Source: Christensenellaceae bacterium
GTDB taxonomy: Bacteria; Bacillota; Clostridia; Christensenellales; Christensenellaceae
Reading direction: 5' to 3'
Length of the DNA: 64,000 bases
Assembly (NCBI GenBank): GCA_036679405.1
Contig: JAVBVZ010000037.1
Location: 18,236-82,235 of the forward strand
Part shown: one piece after another, positions 10,421 through 20,343 of the stretch
How positions within the stretch are numbered: the stretch's first letter is position 1
Layout: the number at the start of each line of letters is the position of its first letter
Position numbers and translations under genes: made by a program
Notes under the pieces: generated by a model
Seen by the model: the letters and a program-made list of their open reading frames with translations, nothing else
What the model was told of the DNA's origin: nothing
The model's database searches: none

Positions 10421-10451
10421 AAAAAAAGCACCTTGCCGGGTGCTTTTTTTT
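10421..10451. terminator. bidirectional terminator between convergent pfkA and GDPD genes
   Basis: A-run, stem AAGCACC/GGTGCTT, then T-run. Confidence 0.7.
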
Positions 10452-11254
10452 CATAAAACATTATTTTCAAATATAACGGTATCACAGTACCGGTTTGCTT
10501 TTTTAAGCTGTTCTTCCGTACGGATTGTCCATCCCAGTATGGGCAGTCCTTTTTTCCTTAGCCGTGACACCACTTTCCTTGGAAGATCGTCTATTTCGTA
10601 GCTGATAAAATTCGGACGCGCCATAAAGTTGGTAAGCAAATGTTTCAGCCCAAATACCTGATAGGCGGGCAGCGGCTCGGACAGGTCTCTAAATGCGGAA
10701 GAAAGCTGTCCGCGGAGCACCTCCGGCGCATGCGCAGAAAACCATCCAAGCGAATACGGTGAAAAAGACTGCACCGCAAACAGGCCGTCATATTGTTTTA
10801 GAAGCGCCCATGTTTTTTCTTCCAGTTCACCTGCTTTTCCCCTGCTTTTTATTTCGATCAGCAAAGGGACCCGTCCGTTTACCATGTGCAAAACATCTTC
10901 AAAAAGCGGAACGCCCTCTTTGCTCCCCGCCAAAAAAAGATTTGACAGCGTTTTTGCATCAAGCGCAGATACCGCCCGGTCCATTCCCGTCATCCTTTTC
11001 AAATTGTCGTCATGGATCACAACCGGAACCCCGTCGGATGAAAGATGGACATCCAGTTCGATGCCATATCCGCTTTCGGCCGCCCGCCGGAAAGCATACA
11101 TGGAATTCTCCGGAACGCCCTCTCCGTGCAGCCCCCGATGCGCATAGCGGTAAGCCGCTATCCAGCTTTCCGCCCTTTCTCCTTTGGTAATCAAAAAATA
11201 TCCTGCCCACACCGCCACAAAAACCAAAGCAACTGTCAAAATCCAAAACAGCAT
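10451..11254 (-). CDS. membrane-anchored glycerophosphodiester phosphodiesterase
   Basis: N-terminal TM helix followed by [13 protein letters not shown]...[18 protein letters not shown] (GDPD motifs). Confidence 0.85.
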   Translation of the reverse strand: MLFWILTVALVFVAVWAGYFLITKGERAESWIAAYRYAHRGLHGEGVPENSMYAFRRAAESGYGIELDVHLSSDGVPVVIHDDNLKRMTGMDRAVSALDAKTLSNLFLAGSKEGVPLFEDVLHMVNGRVPLLIEIKSRGKAGELEEKTWALLKQYDGLFAVQSFSPYSLGWFSAHAPEVLRGQLSSAFRDLSEPLPAYQVFGLKHLLTNFMARPNFISYEIDDLPRKVVSRLRKKGLPILGWTIRTEEQLKKANRYCDTVIFENNVL

Positions 11255-11416
11255 AATTATGTGCCTCTTTTCCTTTTAAACTATACCTTTTTTTGTTTTT
11301 CATTTCAACCGCCCGTTTTTGACTTTTCAAACATTTTACATACCCCGCCCCCCTATACATATTGTATAATTTCAAACGATTTGTTATACTATACGGTAGT
11401 CGCTTTGGAGGAACAT

Positions 11417-14400
11417 ATGCAAAAATACAAATTAGGTTTAGATGTTGGCTCAACTACGGTTAAGCTTGTTATTATAGACGATCAGGATCAGATCATTTTC
11501 AGTGAATATATGCGCCACTTTTCAGACATGCGCGGCGTTCTGACGGATCTATTTAAACTGGCCAAGGAAAAATGCGGAGAGCTTTCGGTCGTGACGGCGG
11601 TTACCGGATCGGGCGGCCTTACGGTTTCCCGTCTTTTAAATTTGCCCTTTGTCCAGGAGGTTGTCGCCGGCGCAAGGGCCACGCAAAAATTTATACCCGA
11701 AGCGGATGTCGTGCTTGAATTCGGCGGTGAAGACGCAAAAATCACTTACATGAAACCCAGCCTGGAACAGCGCATGAACGGAACCTGTGCGGGCGGTACC
11801 GGCGCGTTTATCGACCAGATGGCCATGCTTTTAAACACAACGCCCTCCGGCCTTAATGAACTGGCTGCCAAACACGGCGCCATTCATCAGATTGCTTCCC
11901 GTTGCGGCGTATTTGCCAAAAGCGATATTCAATCTTTGCTGAACGACGGCGTATCCAAAGCGGATATCGCGGTTTCAATATTCCAGTCGGTCGTCAACCA
12001 GACAATATCAGGCCTGGCTTGCGGAAGACCTATTCGTGGGAATGTCGCCTTTTTGGGTGGTCCGCTCCATTACCTGCCCGAATTGCGCGTCCGTTTTCGT
12101 GAGACGCTTAACCTTACGGACGAAAGCATGATCCACCCGGAAAACTCCCATCTTTTTGTTGCACTGGGCGCCGCGCTGATGGCGGAAAGCGGCGAAACCA
12201 CTGTCTCCGAACTCTATGACCGTCTGATCCATGCAGGCGACATTGAGCACGAAACCCGGCGGCTTGATCCCTTGTTCTCTTCTCCGGAAGAAGCAGCTTC
12301 TTTTAAAGAGCGCCACGCCCAAAACAAGGCACAGCGCAAAGATTTGTCCGTCCACTCCGGGCCTTGCTATCTGGGTATTGACGCGGGCAGCACCACCATT
12401 AAGGCGGTCCTGATAGACGGCGACGCAAATATTCTTTTTTCTCATTATTCAAGCAACCACGGCAGTCCGCTCAGAGCGGCGGCCGGTATTTTAAAAAAGC
12501 TGTACGAACAGCTGCCTTCCGGTGCCGAAATAGCCGGTGCGTGCGTAACAGGTTACGGAGAAGCGCTGATCAGGGAAGCCCTGACTCTCGATTACGGAGA
12601 AGTTGAGACGATCGCCCACTACCGTGCGGCGGCTTACTTCAACCCAGATGTTGACTTCATCATAGACATCGGCGGGCAGGACATGAAAGCTTTGCGCATC
12701 CGGGACGGCGTTATTGAAACTATTATGCTGAACGAAGCCTGCTCTTCAGGCTGCGGCAGTTTTCTTGAAACGTTTGCCCATTCGCTGGATTTTGATATCC
12801 AGTCTTTTGCCGGGCAGGCGCAAACCGCCTCACATCCGGTAGACCTGGGCACACGTTGCACGGTGTTTATGAACAGCCGCGTGAAACAGGCGCAAAAGGA
12901 AGGCGCCTCGGTAGGCGATATCTCCGCCGGCCTTTCCTATTCCGTTGTAAAAAATGCCATCTATAAGGTGATCAAAATAAAAGACCCCGAGCAGCTTGGA
13001 GAACACATCGTTGTCCAGGGCGGCACTTTCCAAAACGACGCTATCCTCCGGGCCTTTGAAATGGTCCTCGGGCGCAAAGTGATCCGGCCGGACATTGCCG
13101 GACTGATGGGTGCTTTTGGCTGCGCGCTGATTGCACGTAAAAAATCCGCCGGCGGCCATTCTTCCATCATCACACCCGAAGAACTGGCAGACTTTTCTTT
13201 GAAAAGCAAAAACCGGCGCTGCGGCGGCTGTGAAAATCATTGCATGCTCAATATCATAACGTTTGCGGACGGACGCAAATTTATTGCGGGAAACCGCTGT
13301 GAGTTCGGCGCCGGGTTTGAAAAACGCAAGGATATTCCCGATCTTTTTGAATACAAATATATCCGTACGTTTGACTATCCGTCCCTGGGCGAGAGAGCAC
13401 CTTTGGGTACAATTGGGATTCCCCGCTGCCTGAATATGTATGAAAATTATCCGTTCTGGCATACGCTGCTGACCAAGTTCGGTTTTAACGTTGCGCTTTC
13501 CTCCCGTTCGGACCGTAAACTGTTTGAACTTGGGATGGATACGATTCCAAGCGACACCGTATGTTATCCGGCCAAACTGGCCCACGGGCATATTGCAGAT
13601 CTTTTAAAGCAGGGCGTCAAAACAATTTTTTATCCTTCCATCCCTTACCAGCCTAAGGAATACGAAGGCGCAAACAATCGCTTTAATTGTCCGATCGTTA
13701 CATCCTATCCGGATACGGTAAAAAATAATATGGACGACATCCGCGAAGACGGCATCACCTTCCTGCACCCATTTTTTAACCTAGACAACCGAAAATCCAT
13801 GCCGGGCCGGGTTTATGCAGAATTCAAAAGTTACGGCATCACCCGCAAACAGGCGGAAGAAGCCGTTAATGCCGCTTATGCCGCTCAGGAGCAGTACCGT
13901 GCGGACATCTGCAAAAAAGGCGAAGAAACACTCGCGTGGATGAAAAAAACAGGAACCCGTGGAATCGTACTGGCCGGGCGTCCTTATCATATTGATCCTG
14001 AGATCAACCATGGTATCCCTTCGCTAATCACCAGCTACGGCCTGGCAGTCCTTACAGAGGACAGCGTCGCCCACCTGGGCCACGTGGCGCGCCCTCTGCG
14101 TGTGCTTGACCAATGGGCCTTCCATACCCGGCTGTATGAAAGCGCGGGGTTGGTTGCCAAGACCCCGAACCTGGACATGATCCAGTTGAATTCCTTTGGC
14201 TGCGGCCTGGACGCTATTACGACCGACCAGGTAGAAGAGATCTTAAAAGCCGCGGGAAAAATTTACACGGTTTTAAAAATTGATGAAATCAATAACCTTG
14301 GCGCGGCCAAAATCCGCATCCGCTCTCTCATTGCGGCCCTGGAGGAAAAAACATTCGACCCGGAAAAATATAAAGAAGCGGGGCATGTTTTCCACCGCAG

Positions 14401-15664
14401 AATGTTTACCAAGGAAATGCGGGAACAGCATACTCTGGTATGTCCGCAGATGGCGCCGATTCACTGGCAGTTTTTACCCGACGCTTTCAATCCTACGGGG
14501 TACAACTTCGCCGTTATCAATGAGGTGACCAAAGAAGACATTGATGTTGGATTAAAATATGTAAATAACGACGCCTGTTACCCCACCATCATCGTAGTCG
14601 GGCAAATTGTCAACGCCTTTATCAAAGGCGACCTGGACCCTGACAACACTTCGGTAATGCTTACGCAAACCGGCGGCGGCTGCCGTGCGTCCAACTACAT
14701 TGCCTTTTTGCGCAAAGCACTCAGGGAAGCAGGTTTCCCGCAGGTGCCTGTTGTTTCGATCAACTTTTCGCGTCTGGAACCCAATCCGGGATTTAAATTT
14801 ACCGTCAAATTTGCAATGCGCATCATGATGGCCGTTTTATTTGGGGATCTTCTTATGAACGTGCTTTTGCGGACCCGTCCATACGAAACCAAAAAAGGTT
14901 CCACCAACGCTCTTTATTCTTCCTGGGTCAAAAAATGCAGCGCAATCATCCGGCGGGGCAAAAAAAGCGAATTCAAGCGTGCAGTGCGTGAGATCGTATC
15001 CGATTTTGAGGCGCTGCCCATTAACGATATTCCCAAGCCAAAAGTCGGCATTGTGGGCGAGATCCTGGTAAAATATCACCCGGTCGCCAACAATTTTGCC
15101 GCTGAAACCATAGAGGCCGAGGGCGGCGAATGCATTATGCCCGGGCTTATGGATTTTGGCCTGTATTCGTTTTACAACACGCAATTCTCCAGCAGCCATC
15201 TCGGCTCGAACAAGCTGCTTGGATTTGGAGGCCGGGTCGGTATTTCGGTCATAGAAAGTTACCGCAAATATTTAACGCGCGTCCTTGAAAAAAGCAAGCG
15301 CTTTTATACGCCCCAGCATATCCGGGATATTGCAAACCGTGCGGAAAGCGTGCTTTCGGTAGGTAACTGTACGGGTGAAGGCTGGCTTCTAACGGCGGAA
15401 ATGCTGGAGCTTATTGAAATGGGCGCGCCCAATATTATTTGTGTGCAGCCCTTCGCCTGCCTGCCCAACCACGTTATGGGCAAAGGCATGATCCGAGAGA
15501 TCCGGCGCCAGCACCCGCAGGCAAATATTATTCCGGTAGACTACGACCCCGGCGCCAGCGAGGTCAACCAGATCAACCGTATCAAGCTTATGATCTATGC
15601 CGCTTTTGAAAACATGCGCAAAGAACTGGACAACCAGGAAGAGTCGCTGAAAAAGGCGGAATAA
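11417..15664 (+). CDS. acyl-CoA dehydratase activase-related giant fusion (2x BadF/BadG/BcrA/BcrD ATPase plus C-terminal domain)
   Basis: Two ASKHA ATPase modules ([15 protein letters not shown]; [15 protein letters not shown]) and a Cys motif [11 protein letters not shown] at 11417 has GGAGG 5 nt upstream. The track's 1539-aa version runs antisense through the GDPD gene. Confidence 0.8.
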   Translation: MQKYKLGLDVGSTTVKLVIIDDQDQIIFSEYMRHFSDMRGVLTDLFKLAKEKCGELSVVTAVTGSGGLTVSRLLNLPFVQEVVAGARATQKFIPEADVVLEFGGEDAKITYMKPSLEQRMNGTCAGGTGAFIDQMAMLLNTTPSGLNELAAKHGAIHQIASRCGVFAKSDIQSLLNDGVSKADIAVSIFQSVVNQTISGLACGRPIRGNVAFLGGPLHYLPELRVRFRETLNLTDESMIHPENSHLFVALGAALMAESGETTVSELYDRLIHAGDIEHETRRLDPLFSSPEEAASFKERHAQNKAQRKDLSVHSGPCYLGIDAGSTTIKAVLIDGDANILFSHYSSNHGSPLRAAAGILKKLYEQLPSGAEIAGACVTGYGEALIREALTLDYGEVETIAHYRAAAYFNPDVDFIIDIGGQDMKALRIRDGVIETIMLNEACSSGCGSFLETFAHSLDFDIQSFAGQAQTASHPVDLGTRCTVFMNSRVKQAQKEGASVGDISAGLSYSVVKNAIYKVIKIKDPEQLGEHIVVQGGTFQNDAILRAFEMVLGRKVIRPDIAGLMGAFGCALIARKKSAGGHSSIITPEELADFSLKSKNRRCGGCENHCMLNIITFADGRKFIAGNRCEFGAGFEKRKDIPDLFEYKYIRTFDYPSLGERAPLGTIGIPRCLNMYENYPFWHTLLTKFGFNVALSSRSDRKLFELGMDTIPSDTVCYPAKLAHGHIADLLKQGVKTIFYPSIPYQPKEYEGANNRFNCPIVTSYPDTVKNNMDDIREDGITFLHPFFNLDNRKSMPGRVYAEFKSYGITRKQAEEAVNAAYAAQEQYRADICKKGEETLAWMKKTGTRGIVLAGRPYHIDPEINHGIPSLITSYGLAVLTEDSVAHLGHVARPLRVLDQWAFHTRLYESAGLVAKTPNLDMIQLNSFGCGLDAITTDQVEEILKAAGKIYTVLKIDEINNLGAAKIRIRSLIAALEEKTFDPEKYKEAGHVFHRRMFTKEMREQHTLVCPQMAPIHWQFLPDAFNPTGYNFAVINEVTKEDIDVGLKYVNNDACYPTIIVVGQIVNAFIKGDLDPDNTSVMLTQTGGGCRASNYIAFLRKALREAGFPQVPVVSINFSRLEPNPGFKFTVKFAMRIMMAVLFGDLLMNVLLRTRPYETKKGSTNALYSSWVKKCSAIIRRGKKSEFKRAVREIVSDFEALPINDIPKPKVGIVGEILVKYHPVANNFAAETIEAEGGECIMPGLMDFGLYSFYNTQFSSSHLGSNKLLGFGGRVGISVIESYRKYLTRVLEKSKRFYTPQHIRDIANRAESVLSVGNCTGEGWLLTAEMLELIEMGAPNIICVQPFACLPNHVMGKGMIREIRRQHPQANIIPVDYDPGASEVNQINRIKLMIYAAFENMRKELDNQEESLKKAE

Positions 15665-15675
15665 ATATTTCAAAC

Positions 15676-15722
15676 AAAAAAGGCATAAAACGCGCCGCCG
15701 CGCAAAGTTTTATGCCTTTTTT
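15676..15722. terminator. bidirectional terminator closing the RiPP-like operon and the activase gene
   Basis: Long stem AAAGGCATAAAAC/GTTTTATGCCTTT flanked by A-run and T-run. Confidence 0.75.
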
Positions 15723-16929
15723 ATTGCAGTCCGAATTTATGGACTTTTTCTTCAAGCCTTTTGGCCCGGCAGCCCGTTAAAACGCCCAATGTGATCTTAA
15801 AAGCTTTGACCGGCGAATGAATGAATTTGCCAACCCCCCTCTGCATCCAGGCGGCAGGTAAAAAAAACGGCCTCTTTTTTAAATAAGCATATCGCTTTGA
15901 CATCGCGCTGCACGGCGGGAACAGCACGGAACGCAAACGTGAAAACTGCGTTTGACCGCCGGTACTCTTTAACGTGCGGCTGTTTAAATTTTTTTTTGCC
16001 AATTCCCTGTCATAATGCAAAAACAAAGGATGCTCCCGCCCAAAGGCACCGTTCTCGAGTATCAATTCTCCCAGCTCGGCGCATATATCCGCCTCGGTGG
16101 CCCTGCCGATATCCACAGGCGCCTTCACACCAAACCAGTCTTCACATAAAGCAAATATATGCCGTGAAAATTGCAGGATTCCGCATTCATTCAATAATTC
16201 AGCCATCTTGCACGCATCTAAATCCCCTCCGTATCGCTTTTGCCATAAAGCGACATCCAGAAGCATCCTGACGCCAAATCCGTCCACCATATGTTTTGCC
16301 ATATGGAACAACATAATTATAAGATGATACTCCGGCTTTGGCCGCCTGCATCCCAAACCGCCGGAAGAAACCGTATTTTCCCAAATATCCGAAAAAATCC
16401 GGCTGTCTATCTTTAAAGATCCCGTTGAGTAAAACAAGGTGTCATGGATCTCAATACATACTCCTTTTTCATTACGATAGGTCCATTCACTGTCTTTTTT
16501 AAAACGGACGTAGCCCGATTCCATCAAGATTGCATGGCACCGGGACCGGTCTTTTGGATATACCAGTATATCTATGTCCCCCATCGTTCTGAGTTCCGGG
16601 TTCGGATAAACGTCACGGACCACAACCCCTTTAAAAGGCATATACGGCATGCTCTCTTTATCGGCTCTTTGGCTGAAGTCCAAAAGCGCCCGTTCCTGCA
16701 GTACGGAACTGCAGATGGAGGCGAAATACCCTTTTTTCAGCAACGCGCTTTCATTTGAGGGCAGCGGAACGTTCACCTTTTTTAAAACGGCATACGCAAT
16801 CCCTTCCACATTATGAATTCTGCAAAGGCGGCAAAAATCTTTCCAGTCCGTATCCGCCGCCTCCAAGGCCCCCTTACCGGCCAGATAATAGCCGAGGAGT
16901 TTTATAAAAAAATGCTGCGTCCTGTTCAT
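15721..16929 (-). CDS. PF14907-like uncharacterised nucleotidyltransferase (RiPP-associated type)
   Basis: YMPFKGVVVRDVYPNPELRTMGDIDILVYPKD matches the NTP_transf_5 core as I remember it. Start overlaps the ABC exporter stop (ATGA). Confidence 0.65.
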   Translation of the reverse strand: MNRTQHFFIKLLGYYLAGKGALEAADTDWKDFCRLCRIHNVEGIAYAVLKKVNVPLPSNESALLKKGYFASICSSVLQERALLDFSQRADKESMPYMPFKGVVVRDVYPNPELRTMGDIDILVYPKDRSRCHAILMESGYVRFKKDSEWTYRNEKGVCIEIHDTLFYSTGSLKIDSRIFSDIWENTVSSGGLGCRRPKPEYHLIIMLFHMAKHMVDGFGVRMLLDVALWQKRYGGDLDACKMAELLNECGILQFSRHIFALCEDWFGVKAPVDIGRATEADICAELGELILENGAFGREHPLFLHYDRELAKKNLNSRTLKSTGGQTQFSRLRSVLFPPCSAMSKRYAYLKKRPFFLPAAWMQRGVGKFIHSPVKAFKITLGVLTGCRAKRLEEKVHKFGLQ

Positions 16930-18668
16930 ACGGCTCCTTTTTTGCTGGATTCTTTTTTGTTTTCAAGCGGCAATTCCCTGACCGTTCCGCCCTTGATTTC
17001 CAGGGCCCGGGTGCAATAATCCAGCATTGAACGCCGGTGGGTAATAATAAAGCCGGTATGCAGCAAATTCGACTCCCGCATCCGCCGTATCACGCGTTCT
17101 TCGGTATCTTCATCCAACGCAGAGGTTGCCTCGTCCAGAATCAATATGGGCGCATCTTTCAGGACTGCTCGTGCAATCGCAATCCTTTGGGCCTGTCCCT
17201 CGGATAATCCGAGCCCGTTTTCGCCTATATTTGTTTTAACGCCCTCTTCAAGGCTTTCGACAAAAGAGAGGCAATCGGCTATTTCGAGCGCGCGGCGCAT
17301 TTGTTCGGGTGTAACATCCTCTTTTCCGGCCCGCAGATTATCCTCCAGCGTCCCGGAAAGCAGCGTGTTTCCCTGGGGTACATAAGATATAAATCGCCGC
17401 GCCTCAGCGGAAGCATCCTCCAGCGCTCCAAAATCACCCGAAAACTCAATTTTTCCCTCTTGCGCTTCTACCAGCGACAACATCAAGCGTACCATTGTTG
17501 TTTTTCCGCATCCGCTTTCCCCGACAATGCCCACAACCTCATTTGGCTCAATCCGGAGACCGACGTCCCGCAAAACATGATCTCGTCCATAGCCGAAGGA
17601 AAGATTTTTGATTTTTACTCCAATATTCTGCACACACGGCCCCGGCATTTTTATGCCTCTCTTTTCTTCCTGCACCGCATCCAGTTCCATCACGCGCCCC
17701 GCGGAAGCCAGTACCGTAATAAACCTTGGTATAATGGTCCCCAGATTGATGATCGGTCCCTGTACCTGCGCAACCAGAGATAAAAATATCGTCATGGTCC
17801 CATAGGTTATACTGCCGCTGGAAAGCCTGTATATCCCCCAGCCGAACGCCAGCAGGTATCCAATGCTGAAAACAGAGCGTATGCAGAGATTCATCATGGT
17901 GTTCAGCCTGTTCCTCTTCAAAATGACCGCCAGGCGCTTTTCTTTGTATTCCAGCATTTTTTCGTTGCAAAAAACTTCCTGCTCAAATGTCTTGGTAACG
18001 GCAATATTTTCAATGGTTTCCTGCATGAACGCGCGATATTCCGATTCTGTTTTGTTCAGTTCCACCTGATATGTTTTCAATTTTCCACTAAAGGCCAAAC
18101 TTAAAACCACGCCGACCGGCCCTATCATGAGGGCGGCCATGGCCAAAAAGTGGTCATAATGGAACAAAACAAAAAAAGCGCTCACCAATTGAAAAAGCAG
18201 CAAGAATATATTAGGGATCATGGAAGAAATGCCATTTGAAATTTTTTCAACATCACTGGTCAGGCGGGTCACGATATCTCCGCTGTGATAAGACATGACT
18301 TTCTGCCATACGCCACGCAGAATGCTGTTATATACTTTTGTACGGATCCCAAAAGCATACCGTTCGCTGATATAAGAAGTCAAAATGCCCACTACCGCAC
18401 TGATGCCGATTCCAAGGGCGGTCAGGCCTATCAGAAGCGCAAGGCCCTGCGTAGAAAACACAGGGCCTTCACCGGTTGCACCGTCAATAATATATTTGGT
18501 CACAACCGTGCTTCCGATGCCCGCAATGGTTATAACCAGGTTCAAAGTCAGAATCAGTATAAACGAGCCCATGAAAGGCCGGGTTTTATCCATCATCCAC
18601 TTCAGGCAGGAGGAGTTGTTTTTTCGGTCCTTCAAAAACCGAATCAGTTTTTTTAAAGTTTCCCGCAT
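16926..18668 (-). CDS. ABC exporter, fused permease/ATPase (type I exporter), no C39 peptidase domain
   Basis: 6-TM N-domain; Walker A GESGCGKTT, signature LSEGQAQRIAIARAV, Walker B ILILDEATSALD. ATG at 18668 (MRETLKK...) follows GGGAG. Confidence 0.85.
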   Translation of the reverse strand: MRETLKKLIRFLKDRKNNSSCLKWMMDKTRPFMGSFILILTLNLVITIAGIGSTVVTKYIIDGATGEGPVFSTQGLALLIGLTALGIGISAVVGILTSYISERYAFGIRTKVYNSILRGVWQKVMSYHSGDIVTRLTSDVEKISNGISSMIPNIFLLLFQLVSAFFVLFHYDHFLAMAALMIGPVGVVLSLAFSGKLKTYQVELNKTESEYRAFMQETIENIAVTKTFEQEVFCNEKMLEYKEKRLAVILKRNRLNTMMNLCIRSVFSIGYLLAFGWGIYRLSSGSITYGTMTIFLSLVAQVQGPIINLGTIIPRFITVLASAGRVMELDAVQEEKRGIKMPGPCVQNIGVKIKNLSFGYGRDHVLRDVGLRIEPNEVVGIVGESGCGKTTMVRLMLSLVEAQEGKIEFSGDFGALEDASAEARRFISYVPQGNTLLSGTLEDNLRAGKEDVTPEQMRRALEIADCLSFVESLEEGVKTNIGENGLGLSEGQAQRIAIARAVLKDAPILILDEATSALDEDTEERVIRRMRESNLLHTGFIITHRRSMLDYCTRALEIKGGTVRELPLENKKESSKKGAV

Positions 18669-18972
18669 ATTCGCAGCTCCCGCTAGAGAAAAACAGTTTT
18701 TTAAAGTTCCGCTTAAACAGCCTCTTTTTAAAAGCTGCGTCTTGCCTGTGATCCAAATTTTTTCACGATGCGGCAATCCGTCCGTATCCGCCGCCTTAGC
18801 CAGGGGCGGCGCGCAAATAAGGAAGCCTTCTTAAAAAAGGGTATATAAACGGCCTGCGCGTTACCTGTACCCACAGGCAAATCAGGTTTCCGCCCTTTTG
18901 AAAATTTTTTTTAAAATCCACGGAAAGCCACGCGGCTTTCAGCCCCGTCAGTTATCCGGCTTTGATCATCTA

Positions 18973-19131
18973 TTAGTTATTTACCGAAACCAGTTCCGGA
19001 GTGCCTGATGTGCAGCTGCTCGTGCCTACATTGGTCCAAACTGAAAAACACGAACTTCCCGATGCGGCAATATGTTCTGAAAAACAGAATTCGGTAACTT
19101 CCAAACGCGGTGTTTCATATTCTTTTTTCAT
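18973..19131 (-). CDS. 52-aa candidate RiPP precursor peptide
   Basis: MKKEYETPRLEVTEFCFSEHIAASGSSCFSVWTNVGTSSCTSGTPELVSVNN, with AAGGAG RBS about 9 nt upstream. Sits immediately downstream of the rSAM/SPASM gene. Cys16/28/40 are periodic. Confidence 0.7.
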   Translation of the reverse strand: MKKEYETPRLEVTEFCFSEHIAASGSSCFSVWTNVGTSSCTSGTPELVSVNN

Positions 19132-19182
19132 ATAAGACTTCTCCTTATAAATATAAATGAACAGCAATGCTTTCTTTGCGCA

Positions 19183-20343
19183 TTACAGTTTTCTGATACC
19201 CTCCAGCGCCATTCGCTTTCCTTCGGCGCACACCCGCGGATTTGCCCGCCCTTCTCCCACAGCCAGCCAATGCACGGCAGGACACAGGACGCACACTCTG
19301 TTATAAAGGCACCCGTCACACTCTTCCGGCATACGGTATTCACACGAACGTTTATAAACGGTATCCCAGGCGGCCGCAAAACCGGATTCAAGGGGAAACG
19401 CCTGCACAAAATCAAACGCGTTGCACGGCGTCATTTTCCCATCCCAGCTTATGGAGAATCGAATCCGCCCCGCCGTGCAGCGAACGCCCTTTACGTTTTG
19501 AAATGGCCTGTCCTCCGCCGTCCCGGCTCTGTCCAGCAAATCCGCTTCACAGGAATAAGGTGCCGGGGTTTTCCCTTCCATTTTCAGCCTTATCCCGGCT
19601 ATTTTAACCATATCATCCAGTGTGACCGAATAATTGTCATATTTCCGCCCCGTTTCTACGCGCGGTTCAAAGGGGAACGCCGTCACATTGCAGCCAAATG
19701 GCTCTTTTGAGCGGCAGTACCTTAAAACCGCTTCAAAATCATTCACAATCTGCCTTGACAGGGTGATTGCAAGATTAAACGGCAGATCCGCGTCCTTTAC
19801 AAGATCAATGGCCCTGTCCACTTCCAAGAAAGCTTCGGCGCTTCCGGTCACCGCCCTGTAGCCTTCGGGCGAACTTCCGTAAACTGAAATCTGGATCTGT
19901 TCAGGAGGGCGTTCACGCATCCAGGCAACGGTTTTTTCATCGAGCAGCGTCCCGTTTGTCAAAACGGTGACCAGTATGCCCCTTGCCTGCAGATGTTCGT
20001 AAATTTCTTTAAACCCGGGATGCATCAAACATTCTCCGCCGGTCAGGGTGGCATGCATCATGCCCGCTTCACAGGACTGGTCTATCAGATCAATCCACTG
20101 CCCTGCGGAAAGCTCATCACAATGCATCTGCCCGGGTTTTAGATGCACATAGCACATGGCGCAGTTCAGCGTGCATCTGGGCGTCAGTTCAAAGCAGCCT
20201 ATCAGAGGGATTCCCCGCTCCCAGGCTTTTTTTCTCATATAATTATAAAACGCATCCGCTTTTTCGATGCCTTTTTTCTGTTCAAGACATTCAAGAAGCT
20301 TTGACATTCCTCTTTGTTCCTCAGCTTTCCTGCAAAATTTCAA
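19183..20343 (-). CDS. radical SAM/SPASM domain peptide maturase
   Basis: CTLNCAMCY (CxxxCxxC). C-terminal SPASM pattern CTAGRIRFSISWDGKMTPC ... CDGCLYNRVCVLC. TTG start at 20343 overlaps the upstream gene; an alternative ATG is at 20307. Confidence 0.85.
   Translation of the reverse strand: MKFCRKAEEQRGMSKLLECLEQKKGIEKADAFYNYMRKKAWERGIPLIGCFELTPRCTLNCAMCYVHLKPGQMHCDELSAGQWIDLIDQSCEAGMMHATLTGGECLMHPGFKEIYEHLQARGILVTVLTNGTLLDEKTVAWMRERPPEQIQISVYGSSPEGYRAVTGSAEAFLEVDRAIDLVKDADLPFNLAITLSRQIVNDFEAVLRYCRSKEPFGCNVTAFPFEPRVETGRKYDNYSVTLDDMVKIAGIRLKMEGKTPAPYSCEADLLDRAGTAEDRPFQNVKGVRCTAGRIRFSISWDGKMTPCNAFDFVQAFPLESGFAAAWDTVYKRSCEYRMPEECDGCLYNRVCVLCPAVHWLAVGEGRANPRVCAEGKRMALEGIRKL

Noticed and set aside
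11045-11416. 5' extension of the 1539-aa ORF in the track
   Set aside because: It runs antisense through the GDPD gene and has odd composition. The ATG at 11417 has a GGAGG RBS and begins the conserved ATPase motif.
12830-13591. 253-aa minus-strand ORF, and other long antisense ORFs at 7155-7748, 3585-4124 and 43757-44254
   Set aside because: They are shadow ORFs inside genes with clear family motifs on the opposite strand.
18669-18776. 36-aa N-terminal extension of the ABC exporter (TTG at 18776)
   Set aside because: The sequence is non-native-looking, with no RBS. The ATG at 18668 follows GGGAG and starts just before the first TM segment.
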